Assembly (NCBI RefSeq): GCF_001194135.2
Contig: NC_068986.1
Span: 3,480,781 to 3,544,780, forward strand
Direction: 5' to 3'
Source: Octopus bimaculoides
Lineage: Eukaryota
DNA: 64,000 nt
Part shown: positions 37,550 through 51,119 of the stretch, piece by piece
Numbering within the stretch: position 1 is the stretch's first letter
How the letters are laid out: each line of letters starts with the position of its first letter
Translations under genes and position numbers: made by a program
The notes under the pieces: model-generated
What the model was told of the DNA's origin: nothing
The model's input: only the letters and a program-made list of their open reading frames with translations
Database searches by the model: none

Positions 37550-38483
37550 TCCATTACAAATATTCAAAACTACATTTTATTCTAAAATGGTCCCATTTAT
37601 TTTCATTTAACAAATCAGATATTTCTAAAATGATACAAGACAGAAAATATCCAACAGATTATTTATCCAACTATAACGTTTGTAACATTTCCTTGTTACT
37701 ATCTAATATTCACCATTAATATTGTCCACAAAATTTTGTTTTGTTTTTTCTACTAGCTAATGACTTATAGTTACTATCATTTTTCTTTTCAAAAAAAATG
37801 GATGAGTTATAAGTATTATTTATAGATGAAACCTGAGGTATCCCGATGAGGAATCAGATCAATATTATTTATTTGATGAAAAAAGAAATAAACAGTTATA
37901 AGTTTCATTTTAATTTCAATATACAATAGTCTTGAAATTTCTAAATACTTATTTTTTTTAATATTATTTAAATTTTAAAAGATATGTGTCTGTTTAATAT
38001 ATATATAAATAAGTATATAATAAAAAAGATTAACAACTGCAATCCATATCCTAAAGTAAAGATATTTTGATTAACTTTTTTAAATATTTTAATACAATTC
38101 TTGGATTGTCTTGAAATAAATAGTAGAGAATATTTTAACGAGAATCTATCTGAAAAATGTTATAACAGATCTTTAGGTTTATATTGAGATTAAAATTTAG
38201 GATCAAAATTTTAATAGTTAACTCGGATCAAATTATGCAAATATTGTATGCAAGTAGTTTCATTGTAATAATTCTATGGAGAAACTATAGCATTAACAAT
38301 TGCATTCAATCCTCTGTTATACCATAAGTCACAAAAGAAACCCAACTTTGGATGTATCAAATAATTTTTTCTTTTTTTTTTTACCATTTACAAATACTAT
38401 AACTTCCTTTGAAGATGCGATATATATATTTATACACACACACACACACGCACACATACATACACACACACGTATATATATCG

Positions 38484-38636
38484 TTAATCTTGTGCATTGC
38501 CAACAATAGTCAATATAAACATGAAAAGCTGAACAATATCCAAATAAAGATTCAAAGCTGCAAAAATGTATTCTTCTGGTGATATTGAGTACTTGTGGCG
38601 TCCTCCAATCATCATCTGGGTATCAAATACCAGATA
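38484..38636 (-). CDS. Lifeguard last coding exon (stop TAA)
   Basis: YLVFDTQMMIGGRHKYSISPEEYIFAALNLYLDIVQLFMFILTIVGNAQD*. Confidence 0.96.
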   Translation of the reverse strand, partial: YLVFDTQMMIGGRHKYSISPEEYIFAALNLYLDIVQLFMFILTIVGNAQD

Positions 38637-41600
38637 CTGAAAATAAATACAAAGCAATATCAGTATAAAGCAATCTAATGAAAAACCATCAGAATTTATT
38701 CTGATGTGCCTCTAGTAATTACAATTTATATTTGAATTGACACTTATGCACCAAGTACAGTGCTTAGCCCTGCTTATGTCTGTCTTACCAAACTCGTTGT
38801 TAGCACTCCGTCGCTTACGACGTCGAGGGTTCCAGTTGATCCAATCAACGGAACAGCCTGCTCGTGAAATTAACGTGCAAGTGGCTGAGCACTCCACAGA
38901 CACGTCTACCTTTAACGTAGTTCTCGGGGATATTCAGCGTGACACAGTGTGACAAGGCTGACCCTTTGAATTACAGGCACAACAGAAACAGGAAGAAAGA
39001 GTGAGAGAAAGTTGTGGTGAAAGAGTTCAGTAGGTTTCGCCACCATCCCCTGCCGGAGCCTCGTGGAGCTTTAGGTGTTTTTGCTCAATAAACACTCACA
39101 ACGCCCGGTCTGGGAATCAAAACCGCGAGTCCGCTGCCCTAACCACTGGGCCATTGTGCCTCCTCACCAAACTCGTATGGATTAGACAAATACAAGTTAC
39201 TGAAGCACTATTTTTACAGCCTTTTCTACTGCTGACCCTTGCCTATATCACAAAAAGGGAAGTTATCATTCTACCGATCAAACAATTTGACATGGGAATG
39301 TGAACATAGTTGGGCTTTTTTTCAGAGATGTGTAAATGTAAAGTATCACACACATACAAAAGGTTTGTAGATAGAGTGAATTTGGTAGACAGAAACTATT
39401 GATCTCTTTTGGCAAACCGCTAAGTTACAGGGAGATAAACATACTAACAGCAGTTGTCAAGCAGTGGGAGGGGGTGGACAAACAAAGACACACACACACA
39501 TGGATATATACACACACACACACACACACAATAGGCTTCTTTCAGTTTCCATCTACCAAATCCACTCACGGTTTTGGTTAGCCTGAAGCTATAGTAGAAA
39601 AGACTTGCCCAAGGTGCCATGCAGTGGGACTGAACCCGAACAATGTGATTGGGAAGCAAACTTCTTATTACACGGTCACGCCTGCACCTGATCAATCAAT
39701 TTATCTAATTAACCAATTATTTTTTAAGGTTGGATGCTCTTCATACTATGAGACACAAAAGGAATTTATCAGATAATGGTTATATTAAAGTTTAAATTCA
39801 TTACTAGGTAGTCGGTATTCCATCATTTTAAGCCCCCAGTCACTGTGTCTCATAGAAGCTACAACAAAATGCTGTCATCCTCCTACATCTTTATTAAGAT
39901 GGCTGAAGCGCTCCAAGTACACAGTGTAACTTTTGAAATAAAATAACAATAGAAAGAAAAATTTACTTACAAAACTGAAAAGTAGAGCTCCTAAAGCAGC
40001 ATAGGCCAAAGTAGCATACTAGAAAAATATACAAAAAAAAACAATAAACATTAGAATTGTCAAAGATTCATTGAAAATAAACATATATAAACTGAAAGAG
40101 AATAAGTTATTATTTTTTTTATTAATAATCTGTATACAATGAGTTTTTATCTTTGGCCAGTAAGTGTTATTTCCTATTTGTTTCTGTCTCTCTGTCACAC
40201 TAACCTTTCATCATCTGGCACAAGTTACTTGGTGACCCTGCCAGTGCTGGTGTCATGTAAAAAGCACCCAGCCACACTGTAAAGTGGTTGGTGTTTGGAA
40301 GGGCATCCAGCTGTAAAAGACCATGCCAAATCTGACCACCTCACCTGTGCTGGTGCCATATAAAAAGCACTCACTCCACTCAGCAGGGTTGCTGGTGTTA
40401 GGAAGGGCATCCAGCCATAAAAACCATGTCAAAACAGTTACAGAAGTCTGGTGCAATCTTCTGCCTGGCCAGCTCCTGTCAAACTGTCCAACCCATGCCA
40501 GCATGGAAGGCAGACATTAAAGGATGATGATGATCTACTAATGGTACATAGACCTTTGTATCTATCGCTCTTTGAGTCCTCTCATTCTCTTAGAGACAGT
40601 TCAAGAGAATAAATCATTTTCAATGTTCTCTTTTCTATGCTCGTATGGGTTGGGTGGAGTTTACTGAAGCAGATTTTCAATGGCTGATGCCTTTCCTGTC
40701 ACCGACTTTCACTTGTTCTAAGCAAAATAATATTTCCCCATGACCAAACGCACTTTCACAGAACATTGGAAATGAATGACACTGCTTGTATGACAGTGAC
40801 ACTCATTTACAATATCAAGACAAGATGACACACACACCTATACAGTTTTAGTGTACTAAATCCACTCACAGGGTTTTGGTGAGCTCGGGGTTATAGTAAA
40901 AGACACATGCCCAAAGGTCCAAGCAGTGGGACTAAACCCAAAACCACATTGATGGGAAGCATGCTTTTCAAATACACAGCCACAACATGTACCTAATATA
41001 TTATTCCTTTCCTTGTTTCAGTCATTTGAGTGTGGCCATGCTGGAGCACCACCTTTTGTTGAATTAATCGAACCCAGGACTTATTCTTTGTAAGCCTAGT
41101 ACTTATTCTATTGGTCTCTTTTTGCTGAACCATTAAGTTACGGGGGACGTAAACACACCAACATCAGTTGTTAAGCAATGGTGGGGAGGACAAACACAAA
41201 CACACAAATACACACATATATATACAACAGGCTTCTTTCAGTTTCTATCTACCAAATCCACTCACAAGGTTTTGGTTGGCCCAAGGCTATAGTAGAAGAC
41301 ACCTGCCCAAGGTGCCATGCAGTGGGACTGAACCCGGAACCATGTGGTTGGGAAGCAAGCTTCTTACCACACAGTCACTCCTGCGCCTATAGAAACTATA
41401 ATTCTATTTCTCCAACAATTTTATTTTGCTGTAAAGAAATTTTAACAAATTTCAGTTCATAACTAATTTTTTCTATTCATAAATGAAAATAAAAGATCTT
41501 ACTCTGTTTTGAATGATTGCACAAAGGATTCCGAAGACAAAGAGCACAATTAGGAACACAAACAGTAGGCCTCCCATTGTTGTGAAATCCCACTGAAATA

Positions 41601-42904
41601 AAATGTTTTTAAAATGAGAGAAAAAGCAAACAAAATTAATAAACCGAAGCAGGAAAATATTACAAATACATAAAAAATATTCTAAAATATACTGAAATCT
41701 TTTAAATTCACCTAATTCAAAATCTACAAAATTTCATCATCATCATCAATTCATGTACACATTCACTGCTGAAGAAGGCTGGGCAGTTTGACAAGACGCA
41801 ATGAGGCCAAGGACTACATCACAATCCAATGTTTGCTTTGGCATAGTGATGCCCTTCCTTATGCCAACCACTTCATGGCATGTACTGGGTGCTTCCTTCA
41901 TGCTACCAGTATTAGTGAAGTTGCCATGCAGCTTGCAAGACAACAAACCCTACAGTGTAACTTTATACAAAGAGATGAGGAGTAAAGTGAGAGTAAAATT
42001 ATGAAAGAATGGGGCCAGAGTAGAAAAGGTTTCTTGCTGTAGAGGAGTGACATGACTACTCATCTTTTGGAAGAGAGATAGGGAGTGACCAGGTGGGGCT
42101 GGAAAGTGATAAAAATAGTGGAGCAGGAGTTAGGTGGACTTCAAGGTACAAGATGGGTGGGAATAAGTGGAGCAGAGGAAATTCTGTAGTACCACATAAA
42201 TTTGTCCACTTGTTTATCTATATCATCCTCATCATCATTTAACGTCCACTTTCCATGCTGGCATGGGTAGACTGGTTTGACAAAAGCCAGCCAGGCAGAA
42301 GCCTGCACCAGACTTCTGCAACTGTTTTAGTAGGATTTTTACAGCTGGATGCTCTTCCTAACACCAACCACTCAGCAGAGTGGACTGAGTGCTTTTTACG
42401 TGGCACAAGCACAGGTGAGGTCAGTTTTGGCAAGGTTTTTACAGCTGGATGCCCTTCCAAATGCCAACCACTTTACAGTGTGGACTGGGTGCTTTTAAGT
42501 CTACATTGGTTTAAATGTCTCTAGTTGTAGTTTTAGTAAAGTTAGTGTTTAATCCTGCCTATATAATGATTGATTGAAATAATGAGGTTATTAAGCTTAT
42601 GCTTTTGTATTATACTATGGAAGACGGTAGGGATTATAATTTTGTATGACTCAATAGAGTTGTTGCTGTTTAGTTATGTATTTAGAAGTGGTTGTACATT
42701 GGGTAAATGCATTTGAAAGTTGTGGCTTCTTTGGTTTGTTTGTTCCCAAACAACACTTATTTTAGGGATGTTGACACCGCCGACTGAATGGTACTGCCCA
42801 GGTGTTGAAACCATAATGATATCTGTGGGGTAGCTGATGATGGAGGTATGTTGGATTGTTCGTGTGGCTGTGAAACAGTATTATAACACATCCTTTTGAA
42901 ATAT

Positions 42905-42938
<34 letters not shown>

Positions 42939-43194
42939 TACATACATATGTATCTTTTACTTGTTTTAGTCATTTGACTACAGCCATACTGGGGCAGGCC
43001 TTGAAGAGTTTTAGTTGAACAAATCGACATAAGGACTTTTTTTTTGAAGCCTACTACTTATTCTATCAGTCTCTTTTGCCAAACTGCTAGCTACAGGACT
43101 GAACCTGGAACCACGCTTCTTACTACAAAGCCAGGGCTACACACACACACACATATATATATCTATATATACACACACACATCATCATAATCCT

Positions 43195-43242
<48 letters not shown>

Positions 43243-46197
43243 ATATATAAATAATAAATAGTCTTATATTAATAATACAACACTTACTTTTGTCTGGAAG
43301 GCAAACAGTGTCAATGCAGCAGATACAAGCTAGAAAAAAAAAAGCAAAAGGAAAAACATGAAGTAGTGGTAATTTTAGGACATCATTAAATGATTTCAAA
43401 CAATTTTACCAAGTGACCAAGAAGATAAAAGAAATGTGCATCTGGTTCTCCAGACATAATTGCAAAGGCATTCATCATCATCATCATCATCATCGTTTAA
43501 CGTCTGCTTTCCATGCTAGCATCCACCCACAAATTTGAATTCTGACTCTGCAAGAGGAGATTAAAGTGGAACCTGTTATATTCACCAGCAACACTAGTAA
43601 GACTATGTACTCTATAAGACGGTTCTTCAGTAGAGTCGATTGTTGAGAGTATTTGTACCAGTTGCTGGTCTGAAGATATTCCTTCTCTCTTAGAGACTCT
43701 AAAAAGGGGTGATGGACAATACTTTACCTCCTCTGATTAAGTAATTAAAACTATAGAATTAATGAGACAAATGCTGAAGATATCTTATACAGGCAGAGTA
43801 ACAAATATTGATGTCCTTAGAGAAGCAGTAACCACCAATATATTTAACATAAAGAGGCAACAGGCTAAGTTTACTGTAATTCTGATGAGAAAATACAAGC
43901 TTAAAAACTTAGTGATAACCGAGAAAGCGAAAGGAAGGACCCAGAGAAGACACAGAGAGAAAATACTCAATGACATTAGCAGAAGGATATATAAAAACTG
44001 ACCTAATAACTTGCTAAATCTTGTATAGCACAGAAGGTCCATGATTGCTGATGCCTGTACACAGAGCACATAAAGAAAAATTAAGACCAATCTTAAAAGT
44101 AATACTTACTGCTGTGATACCAACAGCTATTAGCACTGCATCTTGATCATAATGGCTTTAAAACAATACAAATGAGAATTTTAAGTTTTAATGAATATCA
44201 AAAAACAATATTTTGGAAACAGGATTTACTTTCAAATGTTTTTTTTTCATCATTAAGATAAATAACAGTATTTAATTGGATATGTTTAGCCTTCATACTT
44301 CTGGCAACAGTTTTACAGACAAATGAGCAAATCAGTAGATAACTTTTAACCATGCCATCTTTTTTAATCTTAACTCAGAGATACAATGCAAATCAGAAAT
44401 AAAAGTTGTTTGCGTTAACATATTTAATGATGCAAGCATTAAGAAAACAATAATACATTTAATAAAGATTAACAAGAGATATATATTTCTAAAATAACAT
44501 TTCATAAAATTATTCTTAAAAAATCCACCTGACCAAGAACAGCAAATAATTTTTGCTCACCTTGAAATTGCTCCAAGTAAAAATCCTTCACAAACAGTCT
44601 GGAATTCAATAAATTAAATCATATAAATGAGCTGAAGATTTTATAACAAAAAGACTACACATTTTTAAAATGTTCACTGATTACTCAAATTTTTCACAGA
44701 AAAAACTATGAGATGAATTAGAACCATTATTTAATAGAATTGTGAGTGAACTCAAGATCATTAGTTTTTTGACAAATTAAAGTCAACAAATAAAATCAAT
44801 AAAATGCTTAATGCATACTTACAAAGACACACAAAACGATGAAGTTGACAGGAAACTGTCGTCTTATATCAGGGCAGCAAGCCAGCATTATAAGTGTAAC
44901 GAAGGTTAATACTCTAAAAGAAAATACAGAAAAGAAGTCTTAAAATACATTCATGTAACTGTAAGGATATTTACAAAGATTTAAAGTATGAAATCTTAAA
45001 AGACAAATGGTGTAAAGTGCAAAAAGGGAATCTATACAAGGATATGAGAAGTAGATATATTTCTAACAATTCCTGTCTGCGAAGTTCTTGGACCAAATCT
45101 TCAATCCAGCTACCATTCCAAATTAAACTGCTTTACTTTTATATTATAAAATTTTTGGTGAATCACAAGCATTAGCATTAGGAAGGGCATCCAGCTGTAG
45201 AAACCATGCCACAACAAACAATTGGAGTCTGGACAGCTCCTGCCAAACCATCCAACCCATGCCAGCATGGAAAATGGACATTAAAAAATGATGATTATGA
45301 CAGCTCAGAAATTATACAAATACCATAAAATATTTTATGTAGCCAACAGTTTATAGCTTCTGCCAATATAAATGTCTTATAATTTTGGTACAAAGCCAGC
45401 AATTTTGAGGGGAAGGAGTAAGTTGATTATATCAATCCCAGTGCTCTACTGGTACTTATTTTATTGACTCCAAAGGGATGAAAAGCAAAGTCAACCTTCA
45501 TCATCATCATCATCATCATTGTCGTTTAACATCCGCTTTCCATACTAGCATGGGTTGGACGATTTGACTGAGGACTGGTGGACCAGGAAGCGACACCAGG
45601 CTCCAATCTGATTTGGCAGCGTTTCTACAGCTGGATGCCCTTCCTAATGCCAACCACTCCAAGAGTGTAGTGGGTGCATTTACGTGCCACCGGCACGAGA
45701 GCCAGTCAGGCGGTACTGGTGACGGCCACGCTCCAAATGATGTATTTTACGTGCCACCTGCACAGGAGCCAGTCCATCGGCACTGGCAACGATCTTGCTC
45801 GAATGTCTTTTCACGTGCCACTGGCACAAGTGCCAGGGTGCCATACACACACACATCTGTCATTAGCAATCGAGCATGACCTAGTATATACTATGCTTTC
45901 TCTTATTGCTTTAGTTACCTATAGAGCTGTGAGCAAACAGACACCCTCTTGGCTCTCCTACCACTGACGCAGTGATGGACAAAGGGTTATTTGTCACTGT
46001 CCATACTATTATTTGCACCCCTCTGCAAACCATGTCCAGCAAGTGTGACAGAGTGGGTTCATCAAACCAGTATGATCTAAAACTCAAATTCACAGCCTCC
46101 ACATTGGACTGTAATTGATGGAGAGAACGTGCTGAGGCCTTTGTCCAGCAGTGGACTGGATGTAGGCAATCCCAAATTAAAACACTTATGGTAATTG

Positions 46198-46229
<32 letters not shown>

Positions 46230-49200
46230 CATATTTTCCAGCAAACAAGCCAAATTTTTCAGACCAAAATTTACAGCCAAACATGGTAGGACAACTTATA
46301 CATCAAAACAGCTTTGGAGAACCAAAACCAAAAATTTCCATGCAGTATTTGGAAAGTTGGTGATGTTGGCTTGTATACCAGAAAAAATGGTAATCTAATT
46401 AGTTACATATTTCACAATTATATTATCATTTAAATTGTAAGGTGAATAGCAGCAATGTTTAAGGAAGGAGTTCTTTGACATAATTTCAAACTTTACATAA
46501 TGTTTACACTTTTTAATACTTACAACGCTAAATACCATATCCATGGGTTGCTATGCGAGTATTCTTTGACTGGTGCTCTGAAAGTAATAACACATGCCAT
46601 TAAGAACAATTAGAATTTCTTTTAACACATTATTTCTAACTTCCTTTTATAATTTATTCATAGCCATACAGTGTGAAAATGTTATAGTCTTTGTTATTTT
46701 ACCAAAACTAACAGTCTTACATTAACAATGAAATTTAACAATGTTAAAAAGAAAGCTTTTTTTTCTCCCGCCAGAATCTTTACCAGCATACCACTAGGCA
46801 TGTTAGCAAAGTCTTTCACGTTTTTTTACTTAATAAATTCATAATAAATTTGATGTTACTCTCACTACCGAGGCCCTGCATCAGTAAATGTTCTATTGTT
46901 ATTCTTAAAGCTTGCTTCAAAATAACATCAATCTAACAGTTACACAGATTTCAATAATGCAATCCTACATACAAAGAAAGTAAAAAGAGACATGTAATCA
47001 TGTTAAAAAAAAATACTGTGCCAAGCATGGCATGGCTTTGTGGTAAAAAGTTTGCTTCCCAACCTCATGGTGTCTGGGTTGTCGCACTGCATGGGACCTT
47101 GGGCAGCCTCAGGCAACCAAAGCCTTGTGAGCAGATTTAGTAAGGAGAAACTGAAATAAGCCTGTCGTATATGTGTGTGTGTGCCTTTGTGTCTGTGTTT
47201 GTCTCCCACCTCTGCTTGACAACCAGTGTTGGTTTGTTTACATTCCGGTAACTTAACAGTTTAGCAAAAGAACCCAATAGAATAAGTGCCAAATTTAAAG
47301 AAAATAAAACAGTACTAAAGTTGACTAAAATTTCTTCAATACGGTGCCCCAGCTTGGCCACAGATCAATGATTGAAACAAGTAAAACATAAAAGACTTAA
47401 GTTATTACTGAGTTTAAGGCAGCGAGCTGGCAGAATCGTTAGCAATCGGGACAAAATGCCTAGTGGTGTTTCGCCCATTGCAACTTTGTGAGTTCACATT
47501 CTTATTTCTTTATTGCCCACAAGGGGCTAAACATAGAGGGGACAAAGAAGGAGAGACAAATGGATTAAGTCGATTACATCGACCCCAGTGCGTAACTGGT
47601 ACTTAATTTATCGACCCCGAAAGGATGAAAGGCAAAGTCGACCTCGGCGGAATTTGAACTCAGAACGTAACAGCAGACGAAATACCACTAAGCATTTCGC
47701 CCAGCGTGCTAATGTTTCTGCTAGCTTGTCGCTGAGTTCACATTCTGCCAAGGTCAACTTTGGCTTTCATCTTTTCAAGGTTGATAAGTACCAGTGAAAC
47801 ACTGGGGTCAATGTAATCGACTTAACTCTTCCCACAAAATTTCAGGCCTTGCGCCTTTAGTAGAAAGAATTATTCAGTTTTATCATTCTTGCACTGCATG
47901 TTGCCAATTGTCACAGTTCTTTGTCATCTTCGTATGGTTCAGCTTCTTGAGATGAAAGTTCAATTCAATGCAGCGACCTCTACCCATCACCCATTATCAC
48001 TCATCTCTATCCTTCACTCTTTTTTACCAGGACCCATGCAAAACTATCTTCTACCATTCTCACAACCACTCATTTTTATCACCAGCCATCAGTCACTCAT
48101 AACCCATCATGTTGCTTGTGATTCCTATTCAATTTCCTGACCAACATACAACTATCACTCCCTCTCCTGTTACCCTGTTACCGTTTCCACTCATCTCACA
48201 CACACTGCTTTGGTCAACATGGACATTACTCTCCTGTTCACAGTGTCACGTTTGTTTTATATAAACAATATAGAAAGGGTTCTAGCCGTATAGATGAAAA
48301 TCCGACCTCCCTTGGTCTGGCGACACGATAAAATGCACCCTGTACATGCTAAACAAAGAGACAACACTGGTTAGAGAAGACTCTTTAGTTTCACCAAGTG
48401 CATGATAACCTCTCTAATTCTGATACCACGATAGCAAGCACCCAGTACACACTGTAGAGTGATTGAAGGATGTCCGTCCAGCTGCAAAAACCATGCTAGA
48501 AATGAAATATACAAGTAAAAAATAGTCCCCCAATTCATTTAAAGGATAGTAACTCTAAAAGAGAATACACTTGGATGTAATGATCAGTCCAACCCATACC
48601 AGAATGAAAATCAGATGTACAGTAGTTATTGTGTATATACTGGTTTTAAATTCATTAGTTACCATGACCTTTGTAGGCCCTCTCAGATATGTGCGATCGA
48701 TGTAGTGGATATCTTGTTTCTATAAAGTAGACATCTGCCAGAAAATACAGAGCAGCAAAGGTCTTGCATATACAGAATGAGGATAGGTGTAACATCAAAT
48801 GAGCTTGGGCAGAGAGGGTAGGCAATCTGTTAGTTTAGAGTGCAGAAGATGTTATAGAAGAGAAAGAAAACAATGATATTGTTTGTGTGAGCCAGTAGTT
48901 AAAGCATATTGGTGAATGAGTCGGTAGAATGTCTTTTAAGTCATTTTTATGTAACAGCACTGTCTTAAAGATATGACCAGCACAGGCCATTGCATTACAG
49001 CAAAATGTTTGGGTAACATCTGTTAATAAACAAAAACAATAAATTGGAAAGCTTACACATAAAGGAAAAGTGCTATGATGCCAAGAGTAACCATCAGCTG
49101 GAGCATCAGAATACCATAAACCTTTCGAATAAAACCTGGAAAATAGAATTAACAAGTTTAAAATGGTAATCCAAATATTTTTTTCCTAAATATGCAAATC

Positions 49201-51119
49201 CAATACAAAGTGTGACATTAATTTATGTGAATAAATATATTTTGTTAGTTTGGAATTATACTGAATTCTTTAACCCTTACTATCATAATTCAAGAGGTGC
49301 ACACAGAACAGCAAGAATCCAAACAATAACATGTCTGTTCATTTTCAATGTTCTAAAAAATTCAAATGTGAACTTCTGATGACCACTGGCTTTCATCATC
49401 ATCATTTAATGTCCATGTCGAATGCTAGCATGGGTTGGACAGTTTGACAGGATCTCATGTCAAAGGACTGCATCAAGCTCTGTCTGTTTTGCCATGGTTC
49501 TTTATGGTTGGATGCCCTTCCTAATATCAATCACTTCACTGTGTGGACTCAGAGAAAAATCTCCNNNNNNNNNNNNNNNNNNNNNNNNNNNNNNNNNNNN
49601 NNNNNNNNNNNNNNNNGCCCTTTAGACAATGTGTTCATAACGCACACAATTCGCCTGTGTAAGGAGACTTTGAGACATCAGTGTTTTGACCTTATTTTGT
49701 CTCCTCAAAGCTACCTTGGATCAATGAATCTAACAAGAGTACAGGCTGTGTGCTGATTTCCTTAACATTTTGTATGCTGTAAGCATCTCATGCTGCCATG
49801 CAAATTTTCTCCCTTCTCAATGTGACAATGTACCTCCAGTTACAGGGGAGAAAACTCATACAGTAACATGATGCACCTCAACATATTAAAGGTTAAACAA
49901 GAACCTGTACTCTTATTAGATTCATCGGTCTGAGATGGCTTTGAATGAGGAGATGCACAATAAAATCAAAATATAGCAGTCTCAAAGTCCCCTTACAGCA
50001 GTGTGTAATGAACACATTATCTAGAGGGAGATGTTCTCTGGTGATGAAAAATAACAGCAATCAAAGATTCACATTCGAATCTACCAGAACATATTTTGTA
50101 GTTTCATAAGATTTAGCTAGTTATATGTGACATTGTAATAATCAACCTGCCCCCACCAAAAAAAAAGAAGAAAAAATCATAATGCAATGCTAAGGTTTTA
50201 ACCCTTCAACAAATAAAATACAAAGTAAGTAACATGTAAATATTTAACAAAGAGAATAGTTATTTCTGAGTTTTGGCACAAGACCAATAATTTCAAGGCA
50301 AAACACCGCCATAGTTGTTTGTGTTCTTTTATTTTTCAGAACTTTTTCAACAGAATAACCATACTGACATTGAAGTAGTAACCACATGTTAGCATGTAAT
50401 ATACGTATAAAACTATAATCAGGTGGTTGCATGTCATTGAGGAGTGTCTTCATCTGTCACAATTTGTTTCAAATTCATAAAAACAATCTGATTCAGATAA
50501 TTAAATCTAAAAATAGCTTTGAATTGATTTGTTGTGATTTTGATGTGATAAGAATCTGATCCGATTACCAATTATCAGTTTTTGCAGTACTAACTGGGGA
50601 CATTGTTGCAGGCATTATTCTGCTAAAATCCATTTCTTCAAGTTCCAAAAGGTTCACCATTACAAAAAATATTCATATGGCCATCATACTTGCTTTTGAT
50701 AAAAAAGCAATCTGTTTTTATTACTATCTAGAAGCTCTTTTCTTCTTGCTGTAGCAGCAAGTTATTGCAACTAAGCTTCTGTCATATTTGGGTCATGGAG
50801 TGAAAAATCATTAACCGTTGACAGCAATGTCATATTGCAATTTTGTTTAATTGAAGCCATAGTTGCATAATCTTTTATGGTCAGAAGTTTCATTCAATTA
50901 AATAGCTAAGCTCTAACACTGAGCTGGTAGACAAAATAGCAAATAAAACACACGAAACACAATGACAATAACATAACAATGACATCACAAACATGCTGAC
51001 AAGAAGTGGAAAAATATAATTAGTAAATTTATGATAAGCTTACCCATTCGAATGGATTTTTCACTGAATTCAAAATTAAATCCAGTGTATGCATTGTTAG
51101 CAGCCTCTGGTTCATACAT
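38484..51119 (-). CDS. Protein Lifeguard / TMBIM family (GRINA/FAIM2/TMBIM1-type) membrane protein, 238 aa, 10 coding exons
   Basis: Spliced CDS of 717 nt: FSEKSIRMGFIRKVYGIL, CCPDIRRQFPVN, LFAFQTKWDFT, YLVFDTQMMIGGRHKYSISPEEYIFAALNLYLDIV. Both Asp of the TMBIM di-aspartyl motif are present. Orthology to a single vertebrate paralogue is unresolved. Confidence 0.95.
38798..39165 (-). mobile_element. Young tRNA-derived SINE with 11-bp TSD
   Basis: ACCAAACTCGT at 38787-38797 and 39166-39176; A box TGGCCCAGTGG; CpG-rich. Confidence 0.85.
39971..40018 (-). CDS. Lifeguard coding exon 9 (48 nt)
   Basis: YATLAYAALGALLFSF, ctag/GTAAGT. Confidence 0.94.
41001..41388 (-). mobile_element. Full-length tRNA/CORE-type SINE
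   Basis: GGCGCAGGAGTG.CTGTGTGGTAAG...GGTTCAGTCCC..CCTTGGGCAGGTG..(TG)n..GGTGCTCCAGCATGGCC..GAAACAAG; other copies at 39398-39690, 47020-47390 and 63175-63560. Confidence 0.85.
41503..41592 (-). CDS. Lifeguard coding exon 8
   Basis: WDFTTMGGLLFVFLIVLFVFGILCAIIQNR. Confidence 0.95.
43288..43329 (-). CDS. Lifeguard coding exon 7 (42 nt)
   Basis: LVSAALTLFAFQTK, ctag/GTAAGT. Confidence 0.94.
43755..44075 (+). mobile_element. RTE (BovB-like) ORF2 C-terminal relic
   Basis: RQMLKISYTGRVTNIDVLREA..IKRQQAKF..MRKYKLKNLVITEKAKG. Confidence 0.65.
44110..44155 (-). CDS. Lifeguard coding exon 6 (46 nt)
   Basis: (S)HYDQDAVLIAVGITA, aaag/GTAAGT. Confidence 0.92.
44561..44598 (-). CDS. Lifeguard coding exon 5 (38 nt)
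   Basis: TVCEGFLLGAIS(S), ccag/GTGAGC. Confidence 0.92.
44823..44913 (-). CDS. Lifeguard coding exon 4
   Basis: (L)VLTFVTLIMLACCPDIRRQFPVNFIVLCVF. Confidence 0.95.
45499..45835 (-). mobile_element. RTE 3' UTR copy with (GAT)n tail
   Basis: Collinear with and similar to 5283-5621. Confidence 0.85.
46524..46577 (-). CDS. Lifeguard coding exon 3
   Basis: (V)APVKEYSHSNPWIWYLA(L), ttcag/GTAAGT. Confidence 0.9.
47503..47732 (-). mobile_element. Young SINE inserted antisense into an older SINE of the same family
   Basis: 14-bp TSD TGAGTTCACATTCT at 47489-47502 and 47733-47746. Confidence 0.88.
49057..49135 (-). CDS. Lifeguard coding exon 2
   Basis: (G)FIRKVYGILMLQLMVTLGIIALFLY(V). Confidence 0.95.
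51044..51119 (-). CDS. Lifeguard coding exon 1 (exon acceptor at 51138, 19-nt UTR part)
   Basis: MYEPEAANNAYTGFNFEFSEKSIRM(G), in-frame TAA just upstream, donor GTAAGC. Confidence 0.88.

Noticed and set aside
48835-49155. 106-aa ORF (RFYSKGLWYSDAP...)
   Set aside because: Wrong frame of Lifeguard coding exon 2 running into intron.
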